DNA from: Eledone cirrhosa
Lineage: Eukaryota
Assembly: GCA_964016885.1 (NCBI GenBank)
Contig: OZ024743.1
Coordinates: forward strand, 61,690,001-61,754,000
Direction of reading: 5' to 3'
DNA: 64,000 nt
The translations under genes and the position numbers were made by a program. Shown here piece by piece: positions 46,961 through 60,251 of the stretch. The notes beneath the pieces are model-generated. The model did not search any database. It saw only the letters and a list, made by a program, of their open reading frames with translations, and was not told the origin of the DNA. How positions within the stretch are numbered: the first letter of the stretch is position 1; each line of letters starts with the position of its first letter.

Positions 46961-49056
46961 CTTTATATATATATATATGTATATATATATGAGAATGGTC
47001 GACTATTTTATATATATATATATACAGATACACATTCACACTTATGTGTGTACATTTATGTCTATGAATATAGTCAGGTGCACACACTTTCATATAAGTA
47101 ACTACATCATTTTTATTTTCCAGTCCTGTTGATATTAAATTTCAAATACCGTATGTATGTTGTTTGTGTGTTGTGTGTGTGTGCGTGTGTGTGCGTGCGT
47201 GTGCGTGTGTGTGCGTGTGTGTGTGTGTATGTATGTGTGTGTATATATATATACATATATGGCGTGTGTGTGTGCGCGCGCGAGCGTATGTGTGCAGTAA
47301 ATTTACCAAATATTTCAATATGTGAGAATATATTTAATGTTTATAACATATATTAGATATGTTAAATCATTTTCTCTAGGTTCAAAATAATTATATAGAG
47401 AAGAGAATACTGTTGGAGGAAAAGGTTTTCAATATCACCCACATCGGTTTCCGTCTTGAAGAGACACGTCTGTCATAACTTTATTATTCTTTAACTTGAT
47501 TCAGTCATTAGAACCCACAGCGTTGTGGGGTCGCTATTATTTTATCGAACATATTGAGGATCCCAGGACTTAATTTGTCAAGTATGCCACTTGTTTTAGC
47601 GATTTGTTTGTTGTTGTTTTGTTTTTTTTGTTTTTTTTTTGTTGTTTTTTTTGTAGGGGCGGCGGAGGGGCCGAACCACTAAGTTACAGGATATAAACAC
47701 AGCCACAAATGCAAGTATATACCCGGGGAAGGGGGTACACGCTCATATACATGCTTATATACACACACTCATACACACGCTCATATACACACACTCATAC
47801 ACTCACACACAGGCTCGTACAAACGCACGCATCCACGCACATACACAAACACATACACACACATGCACACGGACACATACAACGGACTTTTGCAGTTTCT
47901 GTCTAACAAAGTTTCTTCTAATAAAGCATTGGTCAATCCGTGGCTATAGAAGATATTTTTCTAAAGTTTCATACAGCAGTGACTAAACCCACCGCCATAT
48001 TTGTGGGATGCAAACTCCTTAACCATAAGCCATACTTTCACTTTTTAATATTAATTCATTTAAATGTTAATGTCATTACGTGGATCAAAGATTCTTTGTG
48101 TATATCTTGAGTCCCGCCGACCACCGAATTTCATGCCACGTTCTGTAAAATTGGCATAACAGAACGGTTGGCCATTAGGCTTGCTTATTTCCTTAAAGAC
48201 AGAAGTAATCTGGTGGCAACGAACGGTTCCATATCTGAAACGTCTTCTATAATAAGGTCATGACCATGAGAACTTACCTGGTCTTACAATGGAATGGCCA
48301 GGAGGTTGTTGAGACATACAGCGTATATTTGGTCATTTCGACTTTCCCTCGCCACGTCTGAATACAACCGATTTCCTCCAGAGAGATGGGTTGAAGAGGT
48401 TAAGAAGAAGAATCGACCCTAATACTGAATGCGTACTTTATTTATCGACCTCGAAAGGATAAAATGCAGTATGAGGAAAGCTATTTCACTAGCTTTTATG
48501 AATGGAGTAACACAAAGATCCCATTTGATGCTATTTCTGTTGCATATACACATACAAAACGTATACTTAACCATAGCCAGCAACTATCAAAGCATTTGCT
48601 CTTTTTTCTCTTACTAGTCTCGGAGAACCTGGGAAATAAGTTATAAAAAATGTGCTTAATAATTTGTTTAAATTAGGAATGTAAATGTCAATCCAGATGC
48701 AGTTATTTTGATATGGCATAGTCGTTAAAGCCTCAAATGCCGACGAGGTCCACTTTGCCTTTCATCTTTTCGGCGTGCTGGTATAGTCCTCTCTGCACCC
48801 AGCTGTCACATTCTGGATTTTCTGCTGGATCATGTTCAAGAGAGTATTTATTTCTGCTCGCAACCGCATGGCCATCTACAACCATTAGTGAAAGAATGGT
48901 GCATTCTACTAAATCATACTCAGTTGCAGATAAAGACTAGATTTGTTTGTAATTTTTGCAATGATTTCCATGCACTCACTCCACATTTTACGGCAATTAC
49001 TATTTGTGAGATATTATAGACCTCATTTGAGTGTATATTGCAAGTAGTTTAATAAT

Positions 49057-49273
49057 GGTTTCTGATTTAGACACAAGGCCAACGTTTTTGGGGGAGGGGA
49101 AAGTCAATTAAATCGACCCTAATGCGTTGCTGCTACTTTATTTTATCGAACCCGTATGGAAGAAAGGCAAATCTAACTTCGGTGGGAGTTGTACTCAGAA
49201 CGTAAAGGGATGTAACTCTGTGCCGCGAAGCATGGGGTCCGACCCTCTACCGATACTTCCAATTCCCCGCCCT
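49057..49273 (-). mobile_element. ATT-tailed SINE
   Basis: Same head and core as 52033. 3' end ccttgtgtctaaatcagaaaccattatt. Flanked by the 13-bp repeat gtagtttaataat. Confidence 0.85.
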
Positions 49274-49289
49274 CATGTAGTTTAATAAT

Positions 49290-49477
49290 TGACTCTACTT
49301 TTGGCACAAGGCCAGCAATTACCCCAGTGCATTACTGGAACTTTTATTTTATCGAACCCGTAAGGATGAAAGACTAAGTTAACTTCGGCGGGATTTTAAC
49401 TGAGAACGTAAAGGGCCATAACTCTATGTTTCAAAGCATGGTGTCTGACGCTCTACCGATACTGCCAATCCACCGCC
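49290..49477 (-). mobile_element. ATT-tailed SINE inserted at the same target as its neighbour
   Basis: Flanked by catgtagtttaataat on both sides (49274-49289 and 49478-49493). Confidence 0.85.
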
Positions 49478-50339
49478 CATGTAGTTTAATAATAAAACTA
49501 CCAACAGACAGAATAAAATAACCACGACAAACCATAAAAATATACGTGGCAAACAGACAAAATAACACTATAACATTTTTGTTTTTTTGGTCGTACGATA
49601 TGTCGGCTGCACTTTCCTTGTGCACTATCTTATAAGTTCGTTGTCACGTCTTCGTCCTCGTTGCTCACCACTCCCCGCCAATCAGCCACCCTTTCCATTT
49701 CTCTTTCCTTTCACTCTTCCTCGTTTATACTATCTCAATACGCACACAAGGAAACACACCAGTATAAATACGCACATGGACACACATATACACACATACA
49801 CATACACATACACACACATACACACACATACATACCTATACACACATACAAACAGACACACACATGCACACACACACACACATGTACGCACACACACACA
49901 CACACACACATACATACACATATACACACACACATACATACACACATGTATACACAACCCACAAATATATTCTGAGATCAGAAAATATGAATGTAGTATT
50001 TACTGTTTAAATACAAGCTGTCAGAGCTATGGAGATTATATCTAATTCATACTTTTACTGAAAATAACTTTAAGTAAGGTGAATATTTACTAGGGAGAGT
50101 AACTCGGACTTTGTCTCGTTGGTAATACTTTCATACTATTGTCAATGTGAGTGTTTGATTTTGGACTCTCCGCGGTTCCAAGGATTCAAACAACGGAACA
50201 GCTTACTTGTGTGACGTGCAAGTGGTGGTTCAACATTTCACAGACACGTGTAGCCTTAACGTATTTCTCGAAGAGTTTCAGCATAACAGTTTCTGATAAG
50301 TCTGATCATTTGATTTACTCATACAACTCAAGTTTCCCA

Positions 50340-50464
50340 TCTGGGCAGGCGGGTTCAACATGAAATGGTGTCTTGCTCGAGGACACAACGCACTCCTCGG
50401 TGTCGGAACCAAACTTACGAATCGTAAACCCAGCGCCCTCATCACTAAGCTATGTGTCTTCACA
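50340..50464 (-). mobile_element. CORE-type SINE fragment; similar decayed copies near 33570, 37950-38100, 38750 and 47890-48035
   Basis: gtgtcttgctcgaggacacaac CORE-like motif next to a tRNA-like head. Confidence 0.55.
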
Positions 50465-50946
50465 ACAGCGTGAATATATTTCTTGATACTGATATTGTTG
50501 ACAATGTCAGAAAATACACCTTAATATATATATTTGACGCTGCTATTGTAGTTTTATCTGGGTCAGTCAGGATCAAGCAGATCTATGATCAATGGTGTTC
50601 CAGGCGTGACCATCTATTCGTCGTAGAAAATATAGGTAAAGTTTAAAACGATTAATTACTTTCCTGCAAGTATCAATTGTGTTACTTCTTTTGTTTAACT
50701 AATCAAACTTTTCAGGCGCAAATATCCCGTTGAATGTATCAATCCTTGACTGCTATTTCTAGTAGGTTGACAGACTGTCTAGTTTCTCCTCATTGGCTTG
50801 TTTATGTGTGGTAATGCTGCAGTGAGAACCGTTTGTTTATTTATATAACCTCGCACACAGATACAAATACACAAACACGTTAGCAAACGGGCGCGCGCAC
50901 ACACACACACACTCTCATTCATTCATTCACACACACACACACGTAC

Positions 50947-50997
<51 letters not shown>

Positions 50998-51875
50998 TAC
51001 ATACACAAATATATACATACAATTTTAAACAAATAAGAAAAACAGAATAACACTCACTTCCACAATCTCACTCTCTCTCTAATTAAATACACACACACGC
51101 ATATTCCTACAAATATGTGTGTGTGTGTGTGTGTGCGTGAGTCTGTGTGTGTGTGTAATGTGATTTAAGTGAATCTAGTTTATAGCAGACAAGTGAAAAA
51201 CTGTAAACGTTGAAGGCAACAAGTGGTTTTAATTAAAATTTGTAGAGTGTACTAGTCTCTGTGCGTGGTTTGGTAAAGGAATCGAGGGAGTAAAGAGAAT
51301 TAAGCGATAAGTAACAAAGTGTGTTTGGTAAGGAACTAGATAGAAGTTGTATGTATGTCCCTGTTTGTGTTTAAACAGTTGACAATAATTATAGAAAAGA
51401 CACATGGCTACTTCCTGCTTCTGTAATATTACCATTGTATAGGAAGGGCAGCCGCTAGCCGACATAATCTCCACTGATATATGAAAACTATAAGCACGTA
51501 CAGATGTATGTGTAAATACAATAGTAGATGTGTGTGTGTAAAGCAGCACACACACAATACACACACAGACACAATACACACACAGACACAATACACACAA
51601 TACACACAATACACACACACACGCGAATATATATATATACACATATACACATACATACACCTATGTATATATATATGTATATATGCATATACACACATAC
51701 ATATATGTGTGTGTGTAAAGAAGCACACACACAGACACACACACACACATATGTATATATATATATATATATACTTACATATATATATATATATACATAC
51801 ACACATATATATACATATACACATACACCTATGTATAGATATGTATATATGCTTATACACACATACATACACACA

Positions 51876-52006
<131 letters not shown>

Positions 52007-52032
52007 ATTATTATTATTGTTATTATTGTTAT

Positions 52033-52225
52033 GGGTGGTGGATTGGCAGTATCGGTTGAGGGTCGGACGCTATGCTTTGACCTATAGAGTTACGGCCCTT
52101 GCCATTCTGAGTTCAAATCCCGCCGAGGTTAACTTTGCCTTTCATCCTTACGGGGTCGATAAAATAAAGTACCAGTAATACACTGGTTAATTGCTGGCCT
52201 TGTGCCTAAAGTAGAAACAATTATT
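52033..52225 (+). mobile_element. ATT-tailed tRNA-derived SINE
   Basis: A box tggcagtatcgg, B box gagttcaaatccc, Meta-like core, ends agaaacaattatt. Preceded by degenerate (ATT)n. Confidence 0.9.
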
Positions 52226-52227
52226 AA

Positions 52228-52407
52228 GGGCGGTGGATTGGCAGTATTGGTAGAGGGTCTGACGCCATGCTTTCCAGCAAAGAGTTATGCCCCTTCATGG
52301 TCTGAGGTTAACTTTGCCTTTCATCCTTACGGGGTCGATAAAATAAAATACCAGTCACGCACAAAATTGCTGACCTCGTGCCTATATAAGAAACCATTAT
52401 TATTATT
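52228..52407 (+). mobile_element. Second ATT-tailed SINE, head-to-tail with the first
   Basis: Ends cctcgtgcctatataagaaacc(att)4. Confidence 0.85.
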
Positions 52408-55400
52408 GGTGTAATCGGACGCCTTTTACTCACTCTCAGTAAGTTGGTTTATTTGCCTGTTAAATTATTTGTTGTTAAATATTTCTTATTGTGTAAGGTA
52501 TATAAGCCCTTAGACTTTGCCCTGTTAAGGGGAAAGTATAATATTTGGGCCTTTTGTCCCAAATATTTGAATATTTTACTGCAAAAAAAAAAAAAATTAT
52601 TTAAAAAAAAACATGGCTGAGCCACTAGCAGTATGTCTGCTGTCGTGTGACAACGGCGTAACATTTTATAGGACGGTTAATGAAATTCATACAAGAGACA
52701 CCACCACAAACAACGTGAACAAAGACAACAACACTGAGAACACTAATTTTTAAAAAATTACCACACCGACTACAACAATAACAGCGTTAACCAAAATAGA
52801 AGACAACAGAAAAAAATGACAAGAAATGCAACAACGATATTAACACCACTAACAAGAAAATAAACAACAACACCAACAGCAACGATACAAATTTCACCAA
52901 AAACAACAACGACGGTGGCACCAAAAACACAACCAACTACAACAGTGATAACAGCAACAACACCAACAACACCGTTTCTAGCAGTAGCAACAGCGACAGC
53001 ACCAACAACAAGGCCAGTAGCAGCAGTAGCGGCTGCAATAATGGTACCATTGAAAAAGAGGCCACTTCTTTCGCAGGTGTGGCTCGAAATATAGAGACTG
53101 CTTATCAGGGAGGAGGAGATGGCAGTCGCAAGAGCCATGGTGTCGAGAAACGACAATAGAGTTTCCCTGAAACCCCCACACGATTTCTTCAAAGACGAGC
53201 ATGCCTTGGCTGGCTGCGTCTGTACTTGCTGGAATCGGCCATACTGCAAATACAGAGAATGGGAAGAGAGAACTGGTCAGGAATAGGCATGCAAATGCTA
53301 ATACAGACTGGCCAAGAGTGCATCGAGGTTATCCCAGGCATCATAGACCTCGAAGAAGGTCTCCAACTCCCTATAAGCGTGGAAGGAAGGCGCCCAAAGT
53401 GCTATCTCTGTGGGCAGAAGGGTCACCTCAGGGCCCTCCTCTTTCCGACGCCTGATCCGCTGCTACCAAAGCAGGGCAGGCAACAGAGGCAGAAGACACT
53501 TTCATGGTGAGTAGGAGGGCAACGTCCGTGGCACCCATACCAAGGCCACGGACAACTAAAGCAGCGGCAGCAGTGGCGGCAACACGAACAGTCGCAGTAG
53601 CTACACCAGCGGCAAAATCGCCGGAGCGGGCTCCACTACCACCACCAACAGCAGTGGAGCTCATGCCCCTCCCGGACGCCGCGGGGTCCGACATGGAGTG
53701 TGAGGCGGGACGGATGTGGAAAACACTCTGGCACAAAAAAAAACAAAAAAACAAAAAGCCCCTTAGCTTCACCCTCCAAAAGCGAAGGCAGACAAAGAGA
53801 GGTAAAAACTGCAAGGAGACATGCAGCAACACCACCACCACCATCACCATCAGAAGCACCACCACCAACAAAAACCACACCACCAACAGCATCACCAAAA
53901 AGACCAGCATCGCAAACACAACAAAACACACACATCCAAAAGCAACAAGAAAACAGCAACAAAATGGCCCTTCCTAAAAAAAAATACACAGCCATAAATA
54001 TGGCAAATAAAGAACTCTTACAACATATAAAGCAGCACACAGACATCACAGAAAAAGACTACTACACCCCAACCAACACCAAGAACTCTCCCGACAAACA
54101 TAAGCATTATTGAAATCAAAATAGAACATTACAAACTTTTAAAACAAAAATTCACCAACGCAGTTGGAGACTTCAGAGGGTCGGTTACCAAGAGGATATA
54201 CACCGACATCCTCTTGGAAACACCCATGAACAGCCAAAGGGACGGTTCGACTGTCCCTTCACCACACGATCAAGTTAAGTAATACTTTCTCACTTACCCC
54301 GTTTCTCATCCAACATGGCCATACTTAGAATAGGCAGTATACATGTACGTGGCCTGGGGTCATATTGGAAACAGGGTCACCTGTTCAACGACCTCAGGTC
54401 ACTAAACATAGATGTGGTGGCCATCAGCGAGACCAGAATCTCCGAAGCACGAGCCTTCGCACCGATCTTCGGCGGCTACAATGTATACGCATCTCCCAGC
54501 CGTCCAGGACCGTGGTGAGGGGTTGCCGTGCTTTTTCGGAGAGGCTTGGATCTCGCTATACGGGCCATCTTCCTGGACCCAGAAGTCGGTGGTGCTGGAC
54601 GTGAGCGGCAGCGAAGGCAATGCATCAGGCTAGTAGCCATCTACGCCCCAACACGGGCAGGATGGCCAGATTTTTTCAGACGTCTAGAGACCTTTCTTGG
54701 AACGTCTCGCTCTTTAGTGTTAGTGGGTGACTGGAACGGTATCCTAGGTGCACGTTGGGATTATGTGGGGCTAGTAGACAGGGAAGGAGGGTGTAAAAGC
54801 CTCAACAACCTGCTCAGACGTTTTGAACTGTCTGGCAGGTACAGACTGGATTTTCTGAATGTGCCAATGTGGACATGGGCAAACCGCATCGGGTCATCCA
54901 GATCGTATTTAGATAGGGTATTCTGTAGGGAAACAGATAATGCTAGTGTAGGTTGTCCACAATTTAAAGTAGTCGACTACACGCACCACATATTTCTGAT
55001 CTGTGAAGTTGACTTAGATAGACTCCATAGGCAAGGGCCCGGCTACTGGAAGCTGAACGCGTCGTTCCCGGCGCACAAAGCTTACAGAGACCGGATTAGC
55101 GAATTAGTTAAGCGTGCGTTGACGGGTGCGATCGAACAACAGATGGTGGTTTACCCTGAAAAGGGCTATTAGAGTAGAATCGATAAGGCTTAGCAAAGAA
55201 GTGGTGATAGAGGAAAATAGAGTAGAGGGAGGGTTAGTTAGAAAGCTAGAAGAGGCGTTTAGGACAGGAATCGCAACCGACGTGCTTGCGGCGAGATTGG
55301 GACTCGACCAATTCTTCAACGCAAAGCATGAAGGCTGCGTTGTCAGAGCTAGAGCGCGTGCTCTAAGACACGAGGGGACGAAGGTCATTCAATGGGCTCG

Positions 55401-57993
55401 GGTGGTGGAGGCGTGACGTGGCAACAAGTCCACAATTCGGTCTTTGCCTGATCAAAACGGGCGCTTGTTGTTCGAACCCGAGCAGATGTGTGCGGCTTTT
55501 CAACAGAACTTTGCTCAATTTTTCGGGTGCGGCGGAGGGCCGGTTCGGAGTATGGACTTCGGTGCATACCTCGACGGACTGCCGCGGCTCTCGACGATCG
55601 CACCGCACCGCACCGCACCACACCGCCAAAAGCCGATAACAGCAGGTGAAATACGAGAAGCGATGTCTGACTGCACGAGGGGTAAATAGCCAGGTCTGCT
55701 CTACGAGCTTTATGCGTATATGCCAGACTTGTTCGGCGACCTCTTGGCAGATGTCTACTGCAACTGGCAGCAGTACGGGAGCATTTCCAGTTTTGTGAGC
55801 CGGTGAGCGGTGGTGCTGCTGAGAAAAGACGCGAACAAGGGGGACGTTATAGACAACTTCAGGCCCATAACTCTGCTAAACGCAGAGTTTAAGATTTTGG
55901 CCAAGGTGTTAGCAAAGAGATTGGCGCTTGTCGTCGGTGATCTGGTGGGAGAGGCGCAGACATTTGCCATCCCGACAGATCCATCCACGACAACCTCCAT
56001 CTCATGCGATACATCATAGAGAGGGTGGTTAAGGAACCTGGCACAGGTGGGACCTTGATCAACTTGAATCAATCTAAAGCATTCGATAGGGTCGAACATC
56101 GGTACCTGGTTACGGTCTCGAGGCGGCCGGCTTCGGGCCCGTTTTAGGGGCTGGATCGCTGCGATGCACAGCGACATCTGATCGATTTTGATGGTGAATG
56201 GTCACCTGTCGCAGCATTTCAGCATCAGGCGCTCGGTCCGCCAGGGTTTCCCCTCTCGTCCCTCTCGTGCGTACTGGCCCTAGATCCGTTACTGCACAGA
56301 TTGGAGACGATGAGGGGGGTCCCACGCGAACTGGGATGCGGGAGATCCGTGTCAGCTTACGCCGACGACGTCACCGTGGTGGTGTCGAGCACCAAACACA
56401 TCCAGATGTTCGGCACCGCTCCCAAGGAATACGAAGCATTGACAGGAGCAAAGATAAACCAGGAAAAGGTCGGTGGGCTTGCAACTCGGCACCTGGAGAG
56501 GCAAGTCCATGCCGTCCGACAGCGTCGTGGGGCGCTAGACGAAAAGACCGGTTAAATTGCTCGGGGTCTGTTTCGGTCCGGACCTCCAGATGGAGAAAGA
56601 CTGGAGCGAGATGACGAGCAGGGTGGCCTCTCTCACCCAGAAATGGGCCGAGAGGAGGCTGTCTCTCAAAGGTGGGGCGGAGGTGGCGAATGTGTACATA
56701 GCGTCCGTCATCTGCTACCGCCTGACCATCGTACCTTGCCCCCACCCAACTCTGACCAAAATGGAGCGCCTTCTCTTTCGCTTTTTGTGGAAGGGACGTG
56801 CTCCTATGGTCAGACGATCCATTTGCTGTCAACACCCGTTGCGTGAAGGATTAGGCATGCCGTGGCTGATGATGAGCAAACACGCGCTGAGGCTGCGACA
56901 TCTCTGGTGCTTCCTTGACGGTGAACAGGTGTGGTCGCCGTTTGCCAGACGCGCTTTTCCCCAGCTCGTCTCCTTGACGGAGCTGCAGTCATGGATCATG
57001 AACAGACCGAGGGATAGCGCTTGGAAGCTAAAATGTCTCCAAACGCTCGCTGCCCTCTACCAGCTGGGCACTAGTATCACTGGAACATCCACCTCGGCAT
57101 TCTATGAGGAGCTAGTGGAGGGAAAGAGCGACGACGTTCTCGGGGAGACCTTGGGCGTCGAAGACGATCAGCTGTTCACTCTCTTCAAGAGAACTTTCAG
57201 ACCGGGGCCTATGGACAACTTCCAGAAATCCCTGGCCTGGCAGTGCTACCGTGGAGCGTTGCCGGTTCGGGATAAGCTCTACAGGCACGGAGGTGCTGTC
57301 ATCCGAGCCTGTCCGAGATGCGCGCAGAGCGACGAAACCGTCCTGCACGCACTCGTTCAGTGCCCGAGGATTGCTGACTTATGGATCTATGTCGAACAGC
57401 TGCTGTCGCGTGTAGGACGGATCCGGTTATCGACTGAGTCCATTGTGCAGATATCCCCGCCATCCTCCTTTAAAGAGGTGGAAGGGCAGGCAGTTTTCAT
57501 CTGCCTGGTGGCCATGGCGAAAGAGATTGTCTGGTGGACAAGGTTGAAAGGGTTGAAGACGGACACTTTCCTCTCCGGCAAATCCCTGATTAACTTTTTC
57601 AAGTTTCACTTGAAGAGGAAAATCAGGGTGGAGAGGCAAGAACTGTCTTCTAGTAAGTTTGTTGAAAGGTGGGTGAAAGTGGCGAGTCTGGTCCGAGTGA
57701 ACGCGCCCGCTCTGAGTATACGCCTGTAGATTGAGGAGTGGGAAAATTGAGAGAGGGCGCTTGCCCTGATGGTCAGAGTTGCCGTGGTCTTTTGTGTGGT
57801 TTTCACCATGAGTGACCCTCGGAGGTTTCCCCCTTCTTGGGGAATTTTTGTTGTTTGAATTTTCTTGGATTTCTAGCCCGATTTTGTTATAACCTGTTTA
57901 CAAGACCAAAACCCACTTTGTATCGTCCTGTACTATTCTGTGCCGTCTCTAATGCTTTTCTTCGTGTCATCCCTTGTGGCCAATAAAGAAATC
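52408..57993 (+). mobile_element. Tx1/L1-clade non-LTR retrotransposon, copy 1, decayed
   Basis: ORF1 remnant with EGRRPKCYLCGQKGHLRA. ORF2 from 54315 (GSIHVRGL, VGDWNG, SYLDR, FRPITLLN, AYADD, CPRC..ETVLHALVQC) with many frameshifts and stops. AATAAA followed by (ATT)8. Confidence 0.93.
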
Positions 57994-58226
57994 ATTATTA
58001 TTATTATTATTATTATTGGCGACCTACGTAGGAAATCGTATTATCGTGAGCTCCGCAAAGGTTTGTTATTTCCGTTTGTTTAAAAATTGCTATTTATGGA
58101 AAATTTTATTGTTAACTGTTTATAAGCACACATACATTGTTTTCCGAAAAGGATACCGAAAAAGATTGGGGCCTTGTGCCCAAAATTTTAACTTTTATTA
58201 TTATCAAAAAATTTCTTTGAAAAAAA

Positions 58227-60250
58227 ATGGCTACTTCACCTCTGCACGAAGCAGCTGAAAGCCTTCCTCACAAAATAACACCTCACACCGACACCACCAT
58301 TGTAAATGTTACTACGTTTGCCAACACAAAAAAAAATATAAGCAGTAGCAATATTTTAAATTTGTCTCAGGCAGACATTCATTTCCCGCCATTACCAATG
58401 ACTGCAGGTGTTAAAGCCTCCACCACCACCACCACCGCGACAACCACCACCACCACCACCACCGCGACAACAGAAACAAAAGAAGAAAAAAATAAATTAA
58501 CTCGTGATGTCGAAATGAAATCAAGCAAAATGGACTCTTCCCCACCAAAGACGACTGACGTCACCACCACCACAACTGAAAATAAAATTAATATTAACGA
58601 TAGCAACAACAACAACAATGACATTATAAAACCGACCCTCAGTTTCGCCATCGTAGCAAAACAATTCGAAGCGTTCACGGTAACTCAAGAAGATTTAGAA
58701 AATGCCAAACAAATGGTAAAGAAAGATGGGTACAGGGTCAGCCTCACCCCCCCCCCCACCTAATAAAATGGAGCATCGGCGTCTGTGCACCGTGTCGTAT
58801 AGAACAATAAATGTAAAATCGCGCCGAGTGGAACGGGCATCCGAGTCCCAAATCCAAAAAGCTTTGGGACATGTGTGGGCAAGAAAAACCCACATCAGAC
58901 GTGGGCAAAAGTATGGAACCGTGGATGTGTTCTTTGAAACACCAGAGGAGGCTAGAGAACACTCCATGGCCCCATTAAAAAGTGACGACCTCACACTCGT
59001 CCCAAGCTATTGTGGCCAGAGACTCGTAAAGATCAGGGTGACCCACGTTCCACCGGCCATCGAAATTCCCTGGCTAATAGCGGCTGTCCTCGCCGGCATC
59101 GAAGCCAACACGAAAATAATAGCAGTAACAAAAGAAAAGCAGGAAAACTGGTCCGGATCTGGGATGGACCTCCTGATCCAAGCGGACCAAAAAAGCATTG
59201 AGGAGATCCCAGAGGTAATAGACCTCACTGACGGCAGCCACCTCACGGTAATTGTCGAGGGCAGAAGACCTAGGTGTGTCGTTTGTGGTGAAGGAACCCA
59301 CCTAAGGGCTTTCTGCCCCCAGGCTAAAAGGTTGAGGCCACCTCTCCTACCCACCCCAGTGACACAACCATCAACACCACCAGTAGCAGAGATGGCAGCA
59401 ACAACTGTAGCAGCAACAACAGAAGCAACTATAACAGCAACAACCCCAGCAACAGTAGCAAAACCAACACCACTACCACCACCAGCAAAACCAACACAAC
59501 CACCACCCAACGCTTCAGAACTAGCACCAGCGCCTACACCATCCACCACACCACAACCAAAACTAACGGCTGTGGAGGATTTTCCACTCCCCGGCCTATC
59601 ACAACTGGAGACAGATTGTGACGACGAGGAGTGGGAAACGATATCCGGAAAAAAAAAAAGAAACCAAAAAAGAAAAAATTCTCTTCCTTCCCCCTCCAAA
59701 AACAAAATACAGAGGGAAACAAATAAACTAAGAAACAAAAAAGTTAGGACAGATATGCCACCATCCACACCAGCATCACCAACCCCATCAACCCCAAACA
59801 CCAACACCATCACCATCATTAACTCCAACACCACCATCACCTACACCACAAAAGTCACCAAAATGCGAAACAGAAACAAACCCACAACAAACGCAAACAA
59901 AACAAAACAACCAAAACGATACACACTACACAGCATTAAATTTGAACAACAAGCAATTATTGCACTACATCCAACACAACACCAGCATCACAGAAAAAGA
60001 CTACACAACAACCCCAAAATTCACACCACCTCCACACATACAAATCACTCGCATCACACAGAAAACGTACATGACACTAAAACAAAAATTCCCCAAAGAC
60101 ATCGGAGACTTCCGACAAGCACTCTCCAGGAGGATTTATAAGGACATCCTTCCTGAGGAGGCCACAAGCAGTGAAAAGGATGGAAAAGCCGTCCTTCCCC
60201 TACGAGAAGTAAGGAAAGTGGTCTTTCCCATCTTTTCCACTCCTTTTCAA
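58227..60250 (+). CDS. ORF1 (gag-like, CCHC zinc knuckle, Pro/Thr-rich), split by about 2 frameshifts
   Basis: CVVCGEGTHLRAFC fits CX2CX4HX4C. Shifts occur at the C-run 58747-58757 and near 59880-59940. The 3' end is approximate. Confidence 0.75.
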
Positions 60251-60251
60251 C

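Noticed and set aside
52033-52125. tRNA gene
   Set aside because: The A and B boxes belong to a SINE head. There is no cloverleaf, and it is followed by a SINE core and tail.
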